A stretch of DNA of 60,326 bases, the filler included, from Hausera hauseri (taxonomy: Eukaryota), in the NCBI GenBank assembly GCA_046269625.1. It is 12 parts of 12 records of this genome, joined end to end, with 100 filler letters (N's around TTAATTAATTAA, not from the genome) between each part and the next. Parts side by side here need not be neighbours in the genome. Positions count along the whole stretch, not along the records: positions 10,967 to 16,390 come from JBJURY010258289.1; positions 16,491 to 20,970 come from JBJURY010560229.1; positions 21,071 to 25,537 come from JBJURY010566338.1; 9 more parts are not named here. One strand, written 5' to 3'. Under the pieces are notes generated by a model that searched no databases, was not told the origin of the DNA, and saw nothing but the letters and a program-made list of their open reading frames with translations. Each line of letters begins with the position of its first letter. Position 1 is the stretch's first letter. A program made the position numbers and the translations under genes. This document shows positions 13,421 to 25,637 of the stretch, piece by piece.

Positions 13421-13906
13421 TCATCTTTTCAAAGAAACCATTTCACATTCCGTTTCTGGGTCTTCTTCATCTTCGACATTGTAATCACTATCTTCGTTGG
13501 CTCTCATCGGATTTTTGATGCATAACGAATGAGACATATTGTCCAACGTGTCATTGATCGGATCGGCAGGTTCTTCATGTATCTGATCGGCATGTTTGTC
13601 GTCAACACACACCGGCAGTGGCTCGGTACAATTTTCAACTTTTGGAATTTTCGATCTGATCGGATTTTCGGTATCGGATGCACCGTTATCTATTTCGTTT
13701 CGTTTTTTTCGTTTTGACAGATTCCAATTTGTCAGTCGACCCCATGGCTTACAATTCGATTCAGACATTGAATCAGAGTCGTCTGAAGAATCATACGATC
13801 CTGAACTAGAGGAAATGAAAGGTGACATTGAAGACTTGTCAGAGAAAAACTCGTCTGATTCTTTGCCGTACTTGTTGTGCGATTTTCTTGTTCGAGTACT
13901 CGACAA
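13421..13906 (-). CDS. Low-complexity Ser/Asp/Glu-rich ORF with a basic cluster (SKRKKR)
   Basis: 161-aa open frame with disordered composition; no family recognised. Confidence 0.25.
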   Translation of the reverse strand: MSSTRTRKSHNKYGKESDEFFSDKSSMSPFISSSSGSYDSSDDSDSMSESNCKPWGRLTNWNLSKRKKRNEIDNGASDTENPIRSKIPKVENCTEPLPVCVDDKHADQIHEEPADPINDTLDNMSHSLCIKNPMRANEDSDYNVEDEEDPETECEMVSLKR

Positions 13907-14299
13907 AATATTCTACATAGATATATTCACAAAATTTAATCTTTTTTACATTCGAATTTTTGTTGCAATTTTAATCTGAGACTGTTCGACTTTGACAATT
14001 TTTTTGATAAAGATATTGGGACAATACTAATCGCCCTCTGGAATATTCATCAACGATGGCTTTAAACACATTGCATGATGACCTAAATCACACGAATAAC
14101 ATAAAAGAATCATTTCAGGTAAATTATCACCCAAACAAATTTAGCAGGGCTTTTCTTCAGTATCTTCAAATTTCTCGATGGCCATTAGTTTCTTTTGACG
14201 AAAATGATTTTGACCCCTGGCTTTTGAGGTTTCTTTATCGCTGTTCTGATTTGTGGACGATTTAACATGAATCGGATTGTTTGCGTGATTACTAGTAGA

Positions 14300-14349
14300 C
14301 ACTGTTTCTGTGGTGGGGCCAGAGTCCGCGGCACCACACTACCCCCCCC
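14300..14349 (-). repeat. Polypurine tract and start of the 3' LTR of the family A element
   Basis: The minus strand reads GGGGGGGGTAG (14349-14339) immediately followed by TGTGGTGCC (from 14338), downstream of integrase. Confidence 0.75.
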
Positions 14350-14616
14350 GTTACAAAAATGACGCTGTGTTAATGTAACGAAAGTAAAAAGACAAAGTAG
14401 AACAATGTAAGCGAACTATTGTTTTCTTGTATGGACAAGACGTTGAATTTTATCTGTATTTTGTTCTCTGCTGTATTTGCTAAAAGTGACTGTCTTGCTT
14501 TGTTTGACGTGTTGTTTGATAGTCTGCTGAAGTGATTGTTATGAAGTTAAATTTTGATTTGGTATGTCAGCAGGTTCAGAACTCGTCGGTATGTCATTTA
14601 GTATAGATTTTTGAAT

Positions 14617-16390
14617 TTATGTAGGTTTTGCAATAGCAGATTGTCGTGTAGGCAGAGTGGAAGAAGAATTGAAGGAATCAAGACAAGTTTGTGTAGACTC
14701 AGCTGAGGATTCTGGTGTGTAATTAACAGAGAATGCGGGTTTTACGTTAGTTATGTGTACATTTTGTTCTTTGTAGTTTTTGAGGATTGTAACCGTGTGT
14801 GAAGTTAAATTCAGAATCTCATATGGTCCTAAATAATGTGGTTGGAATCCAGAAGGTGAAGGATTTTTTAACCACACAAATTTTGCATTAAATAGTAAGT
14901 CAGGTAGGTATTTTTTGTCACCATGTATTATTTTACAGAAGGAGTCCTGACTTAACTGAACGAAATGATTTTGTGCAGACCTAATGGTTTCGTCAGTAGG
15001 TGTGTTATCCAAATCGGTGTGTTCAAAGAGTCACGAATTGTGGTACCAAAAAGTGCTTCAGCGGGTGCGCAACCGGTCGTAGTAGACGGCGTGTTGCGCC
15101 ACCCGGGTAAAACAAAAGGGAGGATGGTTGTCCAATTCGTGTGAGTTTCGGCCAGGATTTTAACGAGATCTTGAGAGTGCGGTGAAAGAGTTCCAATAAG
15201 CCGTTCGACTAGGGATGATATAGAGTTGTGTATGTGATTTATTCCTTTCGATGAACTAAAGACTTGAATAGGTTCGATTCAAATTGGGGACCCTGTTCTG
15301 TAATTATATAGCGAAGTGAACCGAACCGGCTAATTCAAATCCTTATGAATGCGTCGGCAATGGAGTCTATATTGATGGAACGCAAAAGAACGGTTTCCGG
15401 CCAACGAGACGCGCGGTCAATCATTGTTAAGATGAATTGGTGGCCGTTATTGAAAGGTAATGGGCCAACGATATCTATGTGAACTGACTCAAAGCGGGAT
15501 GTACAGGGGAAATGGAATAATGGTGGCTTAAGATATTTAGCTACTTTGAACTTTTGACAAGCTACGCATTGTCTAACCCAGCTCTGAACATCAGATCCAA
15601 TTGGTGGCCATGTTACTTAGCGTTTGAGAAGGCGGTATGTAGCCTTTGAACCTGGGTGATGCAACGAATAAATATTGTTAAACGCTGTTTATTAAAGTGA
15701 AGGTGCTAAAATTGGTAAATGCTGCCCAGGTGTTAAAGTGTCCATGGCTATTCCATCGATGATTTGCACGGATTTGTATAGTTTCAGAATTTCAGTGGAA
15801 GAGGAATTTTGGATCAATTGTTCCTTGGAGAATATAGGCGCGACACTGATTTCACCGACTGACCGTGATATGAAATCAGCTATTGAATTGTCTGTGCCAG
15901 AAATATGGCAAATTTTAAAGTTGAATGTTGACAGGTATGAGATATGGCGTTCTTGTCGCAGTGATGGTTGTTTCATGTTCATTACGTGAACGAGAGGTAT
16001 GTGGTCCGTTTGGATAGTGAAGGAACGAGCGATAAGTAAATGTGAAAAATGTTTCAGAGCTAAAAAATGGCCAGGAGTTCTCTACCGAAGATGGAGTAAC
16101 AGCGTTCTTGTGGCTGGAGCTTATGCGAAACTAATTTTAATGGTTCATTTAGTCCTTGAGATATGTGATGAAGAACCGCTCATACTGCTGCAGTTGAGGC
16201 GTCGGTTGTTAAAATGAAGTCAGCAACAGGTTCTTAGTAAGCGAAAATCTCGACTGTTTTCATATTGTCGCGGAGTTCATCGAACTGGTTAACAAGTTCT
16301 GGTAACAATATATAAGATTTTTCTTCGGAGCTGCTATTAGTTGAGTGAAAAAAGCAGGTAACTGGCTAGAGTGTGGGACGTAAAAATTGG
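14617..16390 (-). mobile_element. Ty3/Gypsy pol pseudogene (RNase H, integrase), family A
   Basis: RQERHISYLSTFNFKICHISGTDNSIADFISR (RNase H end), HPG...CVAC zinc finger, HIDIVGPLP integrase core and YLGPYEI (GPY/F motif). Confidence 0.92.
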
Positions 16391-16490
16391 NNNNNNNNNN
16401 NNNNNNNNNNNNNNNNNNNNNNNNNNNNNNNNNNTTAATTAATTAANNNNNNNNNNNNNNNNNNNNNNNNNNNNNNNNNNNNNNNNNNNN
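16391..16490. other. Artificial contig-joining linker
   Basis: N44-TTAATTAATTAA-N44. Confidence 0.99.
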
Positions 16491-16594
16491 ATAGTAGTTA
16501 CTTAGTTTTACTTGGCCTTATCCTATATCCCACATTACTTGATCAAGAAAACAACACGATATTTCTATACAACATTTATTAACAATAACAATAT

Positions 16595-19500
16595 TTAGAA
16601 TGCCACATGTCCGTGAGGTAGTGAATAAATTCCATCGCTCAGGATCTGACTCTTGTCATTCATCCAATCTAGGCCTTTTTCATGCAGTTTTACTGTTTCG
16701 ATGTTATGATCCCTAGATTGTATACTTCTCATTTTTGATATGATGTGAGTCTGCTCATGCTGAACTCTCGCGTAGTCCTTAAAACTGATATTCTTGGTTA
16801 CGGTCGTCCTTTGAGCGCCCTTAGCTCTGTTTTTGATCTGACCACATACATCAATCGCATACATTTTGGACCTAAGGGCCATAAATCTCCAGATGATTGC
16901 TCCATTTACCTCCTCTTTGAATTTCCCTATGATTTTCTTATTGGAAATTGAATAGTTGGGATGTTCCTTCGGATAGTCTTAGGTATCCATGTGTTCAGCC
17001 AATTTGGAAAAGTCCTCATAAATATCCTCTGTATGAATCTGATAGATGAAACTATCATTATCCATGTACATTAGCTGCATAGACTTTAATGTGGGGACCA
17101 TGATGTCGTAGTGGAAAGGATGCATCAGGGTCTTTGACAGGTCGCGGATTGCCATACCGACATGTATGGGCTTGTTGAATACCAATGCTGTTTTCGGCAT
17201 ATGGATTCCTACCAAGTTCTCCGTATATATTGTGTTGCTGTGGAAGTTAGGCTTGGCGATGAGCTTCTTTGCCCGCTTCCAGTAGCATACCAGCTCAATG
17301 TTGATCCTGTTGCGGATATTCTCCATGGTCTTGACAAAAACGCTGTTGTTATATAGTTTAAATTGGTCTTTCTCAAAGTCATTCTTGGCATTAGTCCGCA
17401 GCTTCGTTAAGTCGATTCGGCCATATACTTGTTATTGGCCTCACTATACCGATGAATGGCCTGGAATATTCCGCCTCTTATGCCTCTCTCGATCATAAGG
17501 ATCATATCATAATCCTTAATGATCTGCAGCCTAATACCAGTATAGCGCAGCATCACAGCCAAACTCATTCCTGGAGTCGTAAAGAAATGATCCGGATCCA
17601 AAGCATGGCTTTTCCCTGTAGCACCCTGAAACTCTCAAAGACGTCTATCAGCAGCAGTACATCAGTTTGGAGATATACATTACTATATTCCCCTATTGTC
17701 CTGCATTGGAATGCCTGCCAGACGTTGTGAGTATGCTGGTAGTCAGCATCACTAATATGGCAATCAGAGAGGATATAGTAAAAGTCCTTCTTGAAGGGAA
17801 AAATCGCTTCATCCCCTTGAGTTCTTCTGCAGCGAGGATCTTCAATAAACTGTTCAGTGAAGACGACATAAAGCGAAAACTGTCTGTGAAGCGAAGTCGG
17901 ATTTTACTAACATACTTAGTGAAAGTAATATATTTCTCCTCACTGCTGGGGATCACATCTATATAGTCATCAATGTTGCCTAATTCTCGGACTATGAAGT
18001 GGCTGTCATAGCCGCTGAGATTGTGGAATACTACAGCACAAATGTGCATGCTTTGGAGCGAAGATTGCAGTTGTTGCATGCTGCATCTCTATATGTTACT
18101 GTAAATGGAAGTGATTCTTGACTTTCCAATTTACCTTGGTTAAGGACTTGTCGCATAAGTAACATGCTGTTGTCTTGCGCCATTCTTCTTCTTCTTTCCA
18201 CGACATAATCATATTACCCTTATGCTGCCGAAGCATGTTTTGAAGCTTATGAGCCATGTCTTCAAGTCGTTTCATGAAATGTGCTGCTGCACCTGGACCT
18301 CTGAATAGAAATGGTTCACATTCCAGTCCTTTGGCATACATGCAATACAATGAGAGTTCATGATATTAATATGCCGTTGTGCTGCTATGTTGAGCACTGG
18401 GAGTGCAACTCGGAATTAGTCTGAGAATAGCTTTAAAGTCGCAATAGACGACAATTGGGACCTTCAGCTTCTTCTGGAACTCCTTGAATTCAATATAGTC
18501 CTCCTTGAGAAATTCTGGACTGATACAGTAATTGTTGCTGCAGTACATCTTGTGTTCTGCAAGCCTGTCCAGTGCAGTATCACCGCTAAAATGAGACAAG
18601 CATCGCTTACAGATCTCAATTTTTCCATGATGATTCGTAATTTGGGATCTTACTAGACTTTCAAAATTCTTTTTCCATATGTAATGTTTCTTTTCTCCAT
18701 CGCCTAGTAGGAGCAGATCCCTATGATCTTCCAATTCAGTATAATATATCTGCAGTGGATAAAATTTGTCCTCCTCATCCAATCCAATGATGTTGATGGA
18801 TATATTGTTGATTTTACTGAGCTTCTTGACTTCATCTATGGATGGCGGGCACTTAATACATTGGAAGTCATAGTTGTGCTGCAGATCATTATATATATCC
18901 AAATTCGATCACCTGCATGTTTTTGATCCTGTAAGAGTTTTGATAGAATGGCATACATGAAACACATGTCGTTATTATTGACACTTACACATGATTTTTA
19001 TTAGCGATCCAATCAGAGAGCTGAATATATGAACTACCCCGCATGGGAGAGTACTTGTGAAAATACACAAGCAATCTCTTGATAGTTGCCAGAGTCCATC
19101 CACTCTTCTTATCCTGGCTGTCCTCAGCCTCGTGGATCAGCTTCTCGTGCTCATCTTCCATCCATTCTGCTATATAGGTGTTTTCCAATAATGGTCTATT
19201 TCTGGTCTTGAAGACACTTTTGAACTCTTCGCCATCAATATTGACGTAAATGGCCTCAAGTTTCATATTAACCTTAAGGGCTTTGAGCTCAGCTATGTTA
19301 TCCTGGAGAATCCCTATTGTTTCTTCCTCTGTGTACTCCAGGAACATCCTGATGGTTGTTTGGCCAGTTGCATCAATGACATATTTGCGGACTTCTCTCT
19401 TTAATACTGCAGCATTAACTGGCCTCTGTCTTTGGCTTTTTGGTGGAGCCGCTGCGCCTGATGCGCCTGATGTGCCTGATGGCCCTGATGCACTTGGATA

Positions 19501-20067
19501 TACTGCTGTGTCTGGCTGTGGTACTGCAGTCTCTGCTGCTGCAATTGGCTTATGTTCATTAAAGATGATCTTCTTTGACTTTGATGCGAAGTCTGTCAAA
19601 TAGGCAATATGATCTTCGTAAAATTGCAAGTATTCTCCATCATATACAGCCTCACATCCTGGGCAAATATAATAGAGGATCCTATTGAATTTGTATCCAT
19701 AATAGCTCCTCATAGTATTATGACAGTTCTGAGGGTTGTGTATTGCACATGTGCAATACATGTATGAACTGCATCTTTGATTTCGCTTAGGCATGGAAGT
19801 CATTATTGGCATAATGTTTTTCAACGTGGTGAAGGGAATTAAGTGTTGTTTATGGACATTGTAAAAGTCTTCATAATTGGTTCGGTACACTATCTCACAT
19901 GTAGGGCATATATAATACTGAAACCTGTTGTATAGATGGCTAAAGTACTTTTTCATAATATTGTGGAAATTTTGTGGCTCGCGGATTTTATCGAAGCATT
20001 CTCTGTAAAGTTTGTACATCTAAAAATCAACTAATTATTTGAGGAGAACAATTAAAAAACTCACCAT
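16595..20067 (-). mobile_element. Polinton/Maverick (adintovirus-like) protein-primed family B DNA polymerase pseudogene
   Basis: GSSYIQLSDWIANK, VVYCDFKAIL, FHNLSGYDSHFI, FTDSFRFMSSSL, IERGIRGG, MENIRNR, NKPIHVGMAI.DLSK, LMYMDNDSFIY and RAKG...DK...SLPHGH. Many frameshifts and deletions. Confidence 0.93.
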
Positions 20068-20970
20068 TTCTTGAAGTGATTGTAGAAATAATGAAAAAAT
20101 ATGTCCATATCACCATGTACTGCCTCGCTTATTGATTGGTTTTAATGCACTTTTGTTTTAATGCACCAACTAAATGCACGTTGGCGCCAAACTCCATTAG
20201 GTTTTCGTATATGGAGAATCGAATGGCGTCATTGGATTCTTCGAATAAAGCATTCTTGACCGAATATTCGAGTTCGAATAGCTAATTTTTCGACTTGAAA
20301 GCTCGAATTTAAATATATAACATCATATTCCCAATAGGCACGTATTTATTTCTATCTGCCTCCGCTAATTATTATATCGAATTTTGAGTGCTAGGAGCAA
20401 ATAAAACCTATGGAAATGTTAGGATCTCTTAATTACCAAAAAATCTGAATTAAAAAAGCCAAAAAATCGATTAGAATTCCAAATTGCCCTTTTCGAGTTT
20501 GAAACCTGTGACAGAAATAACCATTTCCCCAATTAACAAAAAATCCCAAAAAGTAAAAATCGAAAACGGGCTTGATATCCAAGAATCCAGATAAACAAAT
20601 TCAAAAACTGCATTAAAAAATACCAATCCAAACCGAAACAGTTCAAAAAGCAAGTTAAAAAGCCACAGAACAAAATTCAAAAAAGGCATCAAATGAAAAT
20701 CAAAAAGTACAAATTTCAAAAACACTGAAACAGAAATTTATCACCAAAATTCAGCGACTTTTCTGTACAGTGAACCGATGCAAACTTCGAGCATCGAACC
20801 GTACCCAGAATGACCGGTTTGGGCGTCCGATTCGTGGTCCAGAGAATCAGAGACAGTGTGATTGTGATCCGAAACATTGACGTGAATAACGTTATTTTGT
20901 GATCTTAAACTTTTCAGTTCAATCGTTACTGTGACTATGTGAATATTTTGTTATAAATAATAAATACTTG

Positions 20971-21070
20971 NNNNNNNNNNNNNNNNNNNNNNNNNNNNNN
21001 NNNNNNNNNNNNNNTTAATTAATTAANNNNNNNNNNNNNNNNNNNNNNNNNNNNNNNNNNNNNNNNNNNN
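20971..21070. other. Artificial contig-joining linker
   Basis: N44-TTAATTAATTAA-N44. Confidence 0.99.
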
Positions 21071-21141
21071 TACCAATACTTGTTTCAAAAAATAGTCAGT
21101 ACCTACCAATAAATGTTTTTCCAACGTTTTCACAATTCAGT

Positions 21142-21639
21142 AGTCGAGCAATCACGATGCAAAATATTCAAGCTGCAATATCCAAGTCAATGGTCGAAAT
21201 CGCTCGTACCCAGGATGAAGAAGTTGGAGATGGAACAACTTCTGTCACAATATTAGCTGGTGAATTGTTGTCTCAAGCGGCACCGTGCTTGGAGAAAAAA
21301 ATCCGTCTAAACCAAAATAATAAATTTATATAGAGAAGCACTCAAAGACGTGTTGGAATTTATGAAACTAATTGCAGTGTGAAAATCAATCCGAATAATC
21401 GCGACGAATTATTGAAAGTTGTCAAAAGCTGTCTTGGTACAAAATTCGTCAACAAATGGTCCAACAGGGCCTGTATAATTGCACTAGATGCAGTTTCAAT
21501 TATCATGACAGATGAAAATGATCGCAAGGAAATTGACATAAAGCGTTATGCCAAAGTAGAAAAGATCCCTGGTGGAAGTATCGAAGATTCCACCGTTCTG
21601 TGTGGTGTAATGTTCAACAGGGACATTGTTCATCCGAAA
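21142..21639 (+). pseudogene. CCT3: T-complex protein 1 subunit gamma fragment
   Basis: [27 protein letters not shown] and [37 protein letters not shown]. Frameshifted, with an internal deletion after NIQAA, and truncated. Confidence 0.92.
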
Positions 21640-22930
21640 AATGTTAATAATGTAACAATCCCAGTGGACACGAGTCAACCGAATCCAAATAAAGTGGAAT
21701 TTGACAATTTATACTTAGACATGAATGGTATTATTCACCCATGTACTTGCCTGGAAAATAAACCTGCTCCAAAAATGAAGACGAAATGTTCTTTGAAAAT
21801 TTTGCCTATATCGATCTTATATCTTCAGTGATACGACCAAGACGATTAATTTACATGGCAGTTGACCGTGTTGCTCCCAGAACAAAAATGAACCAACAGA
21901 GATCCAGACGTTTTAGAGCTTGCAAGGAATCAAGAAAAAAACGATTGACCATTGACAGAATTCGAATGGAATTATTGCAAAAGGGTGCAAGATTACCCGA
22001 TCCAAATGACCCTTCGGAACATTTCGATAGCAACTGCAAGGCGAGATTGGCGATTTCCTTGCAGTATTATGCATATTTGGAATTGAATTCAGATCCAGGA
22101 TGGAAAAATATCCAAGTCATATCGAATGACGCTAACGTTCCTGGTGAAAGAGAACGTAAAATAATGGACTTTATTCGACGTTAGAGAGCGAATCCAACAC
22201 ACGATCCGAATACCAAACACTATTTATGCGATGCAGATGCCGATTTGATCATGTTAGGATCGTCAACGCATGAGTCATATTTCACGATAATTCGAGAAGA
22301 ATTCATACCCAATCAGCCGAAACCATGTGAAATCTGTGGTCAAACCAATCATCTAATGTCCGAGGGTTAAGGATTAGACAGTGTGGAATTTAATATCGGT
22401 ACAAGTTCTTCGTTACCAGAGACTGAGTTTATTTTTATTCATTTGAATATCCTACGAGAATATTTGCAACAAGAACTTGAAATGCCGAATTTACCATTTC
22501 CACACGATTTTGAACGAGCAATTGATGATTGAGTTTTTATATGTTTCTTTGTCGAAAATGACTTTTTGTTGCATTTACCCGGTTTGCAAAAATGAGAAAA
22601 GAAATTGATAGACTGGTGAAACTGTACAAATCAGCTGTGTATAACACGAGAGCATCAGTTTTGAAGGTCCTATAAGAAACTGAGGACAACAACGATACGG
22701 TTATTGATCCACAGTTGGAGCACGATGTTTGTGACCGCATATGGAGAGACAAGGTATCCAGTTTACCAGGCAACACTGTACATAATGCTAATGTTCTTTG
22801 TGAAAATGTCAAAGATATTAAAGTCATATCGTCATACTACAAAGATCCTTAATTTTATGCCGATTACATATTTAAAGCTCGTTTGTTACAAAATGTAATC
22901 GGACCGAATACAATCAAGACCGAACCTGAA
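21640..22930 (+). pseudogene. XRN2: 5'-3' exoribonuclease 2 fragment with internal deletions
   Basis: [83 protein letters not shown] and the C-terminal KDP*FYADYIFKA. Stops and frameshifts present. Confidence 0.93.
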
Positions 22931-23649
22931 AGGAAAAGTTTAATACTCAACCAGTTAATCGAGTGGTTAGTCATCCATTTGGAGAAAATTCTAACATCAA
23001 TAATAAACACAAATTGACTTCTAAACATTTGTTATGTAATCCGAATATCAGTGGGTCCTTAGTTGGGCAGGGTTCACGAAACATCAACGCAAATACGTAT
23101 ACGGCTGAAGGCAGTGATGAAGTTCGTCAGATCGTCTATCTGGCTGTCGTACCCAAAAATCATACTCTGCAGTTGTTCTGGACCCATGATTTATAAAAAG
23201 GTCGGTGAATTTGCTACATTTCTATTTCGTAATAATTTGTAATATAATGCCAACCAAAGTAGTTCAAACACTGCACTTAACATCTCTCAGCTATACTATA
23301 CCGTTGGTCAAAAATATATCAGTCGAATCATCACAAACCAAATATATGATCTCCGCTATTAGAAAGATCAGTCATTACAATGCAGGGATCTTGGGTGCGC
23401 CCACGTCTTATGCACCACATTGCGCACCCGACCTCTGACAATTTTACCCCACTTATTTTGTTATTTCAAAACAAACATGCACAAACTTACTACATTTATA
23501 AATTAGCAGCAATTTCAAAATTGTCGGGCATACTACAACTACAAACTGCTTTCACTAATTTCCTTCTCAGCTTTAACGAATTTTTCCTTCAACAATCAGA
23601 CAATAACAAGTTACACCCATTTACCCTCAATACCTATATTGACCGTACA

Positions 23650-25473
23650 CCACCGTCTCTTAGGTGGATCTGATCCAAATGCATCTTCTAAAGACCAACA
23701 AGATTGCTGATATCCCAACTATAAGTATACCGTTAAATTCACCTCTACCTCCTGCACCTACTGTAAATCTACCTTGCGTAGAATACTTCGTCGGCAAGCA
23801 ACACTCTAGTCGGGCGTGGCTGGATTTTTATGCGCTTGGTTGAATTAAAATAATATTGTCGATTCGTTCCTTAAAGCAAACAGTTTGCCTATACTCTTGC
23901 CTTTTAACATTAAGTCGCAACTTCCAAATTTATCGGAAATTTTCCAAAGTAGGGACTCATAAAACATTCTTTAACGCTATTTTAAAAATCACCGAACCAT
24001 CCATAGATAACATCATCCATAAATATTTTAACAACAACACAATAGGAACATTGAAACCCTCTGAATTTATACAAACCTCACCAACTCAATTGAGTACCCT
24101 TGGCGTTAATGAATTAAATAACGCCGATTTGCTACGTAGGTATTTTCTACAGTCTTTACCAAGAGACATACGCGCACTATTAACAATAGTAGAGGACAGA
24201 TCGTCACTACAAAAACTAGCACAACTGGCTGACAAAAGCCACGACGTCTTACATGCAAATACAGCCCCATTAATTGCCGCTACGTTTTATGCACCAACAA
24301 CTCAACAAGCTAGCGACATAGCTAATCTGAACTCATAGATAAATTCTTTACGTGTCGAAAACGCCAACATACATCAAGCGATTTCTGCACTCACGTCAAA
24401 AATCGAAGCTTTGACCATTCCTAGACGAAATCGTTTTGATGCGAACCATAGCCGCACCTCATCTCAAAATTCAAGGCATGCAAGGTCATCTACACGGTCA
24501 ATAGTGTGTTACTACCACACCAAATTTAAGGACAACTCCACTAAATGCTGTTTAGGTTGCAGATTGTATGCTCCCCATTTCACACGACCCGACATTGTTT
24601 GTATTTATCATAACAAATTTAATTCTAAAGCACATAATTGCGTTACAGGTTGCACTTTCGTTAACCGATCTAATTCACCACGACCTACTCTTTCTAACAA
24701 CATAAGTCCTGTGCCTCAAAAAAACTCATAAAGCCGCCAGATGTTTCGGCACATACTGGCACAGGCAAACGTCTTCAATCTAATAGCCGTACCTACGCTG
24801 TTTTCACATTAAAAGCCTCCTTAACATCCAAACCCAATTAACCAATCAACTTTCTCATCGACTCGGGGGTACTGTTTCGTTGTTACCACCATCTATCAAA
24901 ACACCATTCATATCACCATCTAACGCTAAATTATACACAGCTAACGGCCAAGTTTTACGCATTTTAGGCACGTCCAAAGTTTCATTCACTTTACCACCAT
25001 TCTGAGACATTTTCAATTGAAAATTCATCGTTGCCGACACACAATCTCCAATACTTGGGTCTGATTTCTTATCCTTCTACAACCTCCTTGTAGATTGCAG
25101 ACAATGTCGGATCATTAAAGCAGTTCAGCAAAGCCGACCCCTACAAATAACCAACCGATCATGAGGCCTATCTTAATTATAAAATCAATATTGAAGAAAC
25201 CATTAACCAATGTGAATAAAAACCTTACTGATAAAACCAGTATAAACAATCCTACTTTTCTGTTAAAGTCCTCTTTAGGCGGCCCGATTTCTACCATTTC
25301 TCAAACTAAGTTCAATCAAACATTTACTACGCCTAGCCAAGAAATGCAACAATATTTAGTCAAGTCTTGTTTTCATACAATAAAAAAGACCTAGCATTTC
25401 GACCGGTTAACACGATGTTTCATCATATCATTACAGAAAATCTTAGGCCCGTTAGGCAGAAACTCCGCCCACT
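23650..25473 (+). mobile_element. Ty3/Gypsy gag-protease-RT start (family A), degenerate
   Basis: FLQSLPRDIRALL...LQKLAQLADK, tandem CYYHTKF...C / CIYHNKF...C knuckles, FLIDSG protease motif, PILGSDFL, and HHIITE...VRQKLRPL. Confidence 0.9.
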
Positions 25474-25537
25474 AGTAGTTGTATAAGGAGGGTTATGGAC
25501 CGTAACGCTCCTTATACAACTACTAGTGGGCGGAGTT
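25461..25537. repeat. Near-perfect hairpin at the contig end with an AGTAGT...ACTACT core
   Basis: 25461-25490 is the exact reverse complement of 25508-25537, and the loop GGTTATGGACCGTAACG is itself quasi-palindromic. Confidence 0.9.
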
Positions 25538-25637
25538 NNNNNNNNNNNNNNNNNNNNNNNNNNNNNNNNNNNNNNNNNNNNTTAATTAATTAANNNNNNN
25601 NNNNNNNNNNNNNNNNNNNNNNNNNNNNNNNNNNNNN
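25538..25637. other. Artificial contig-joining linker
   Basis: N44-TTAATTAATTAA-N44. Confidence 0.99.
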
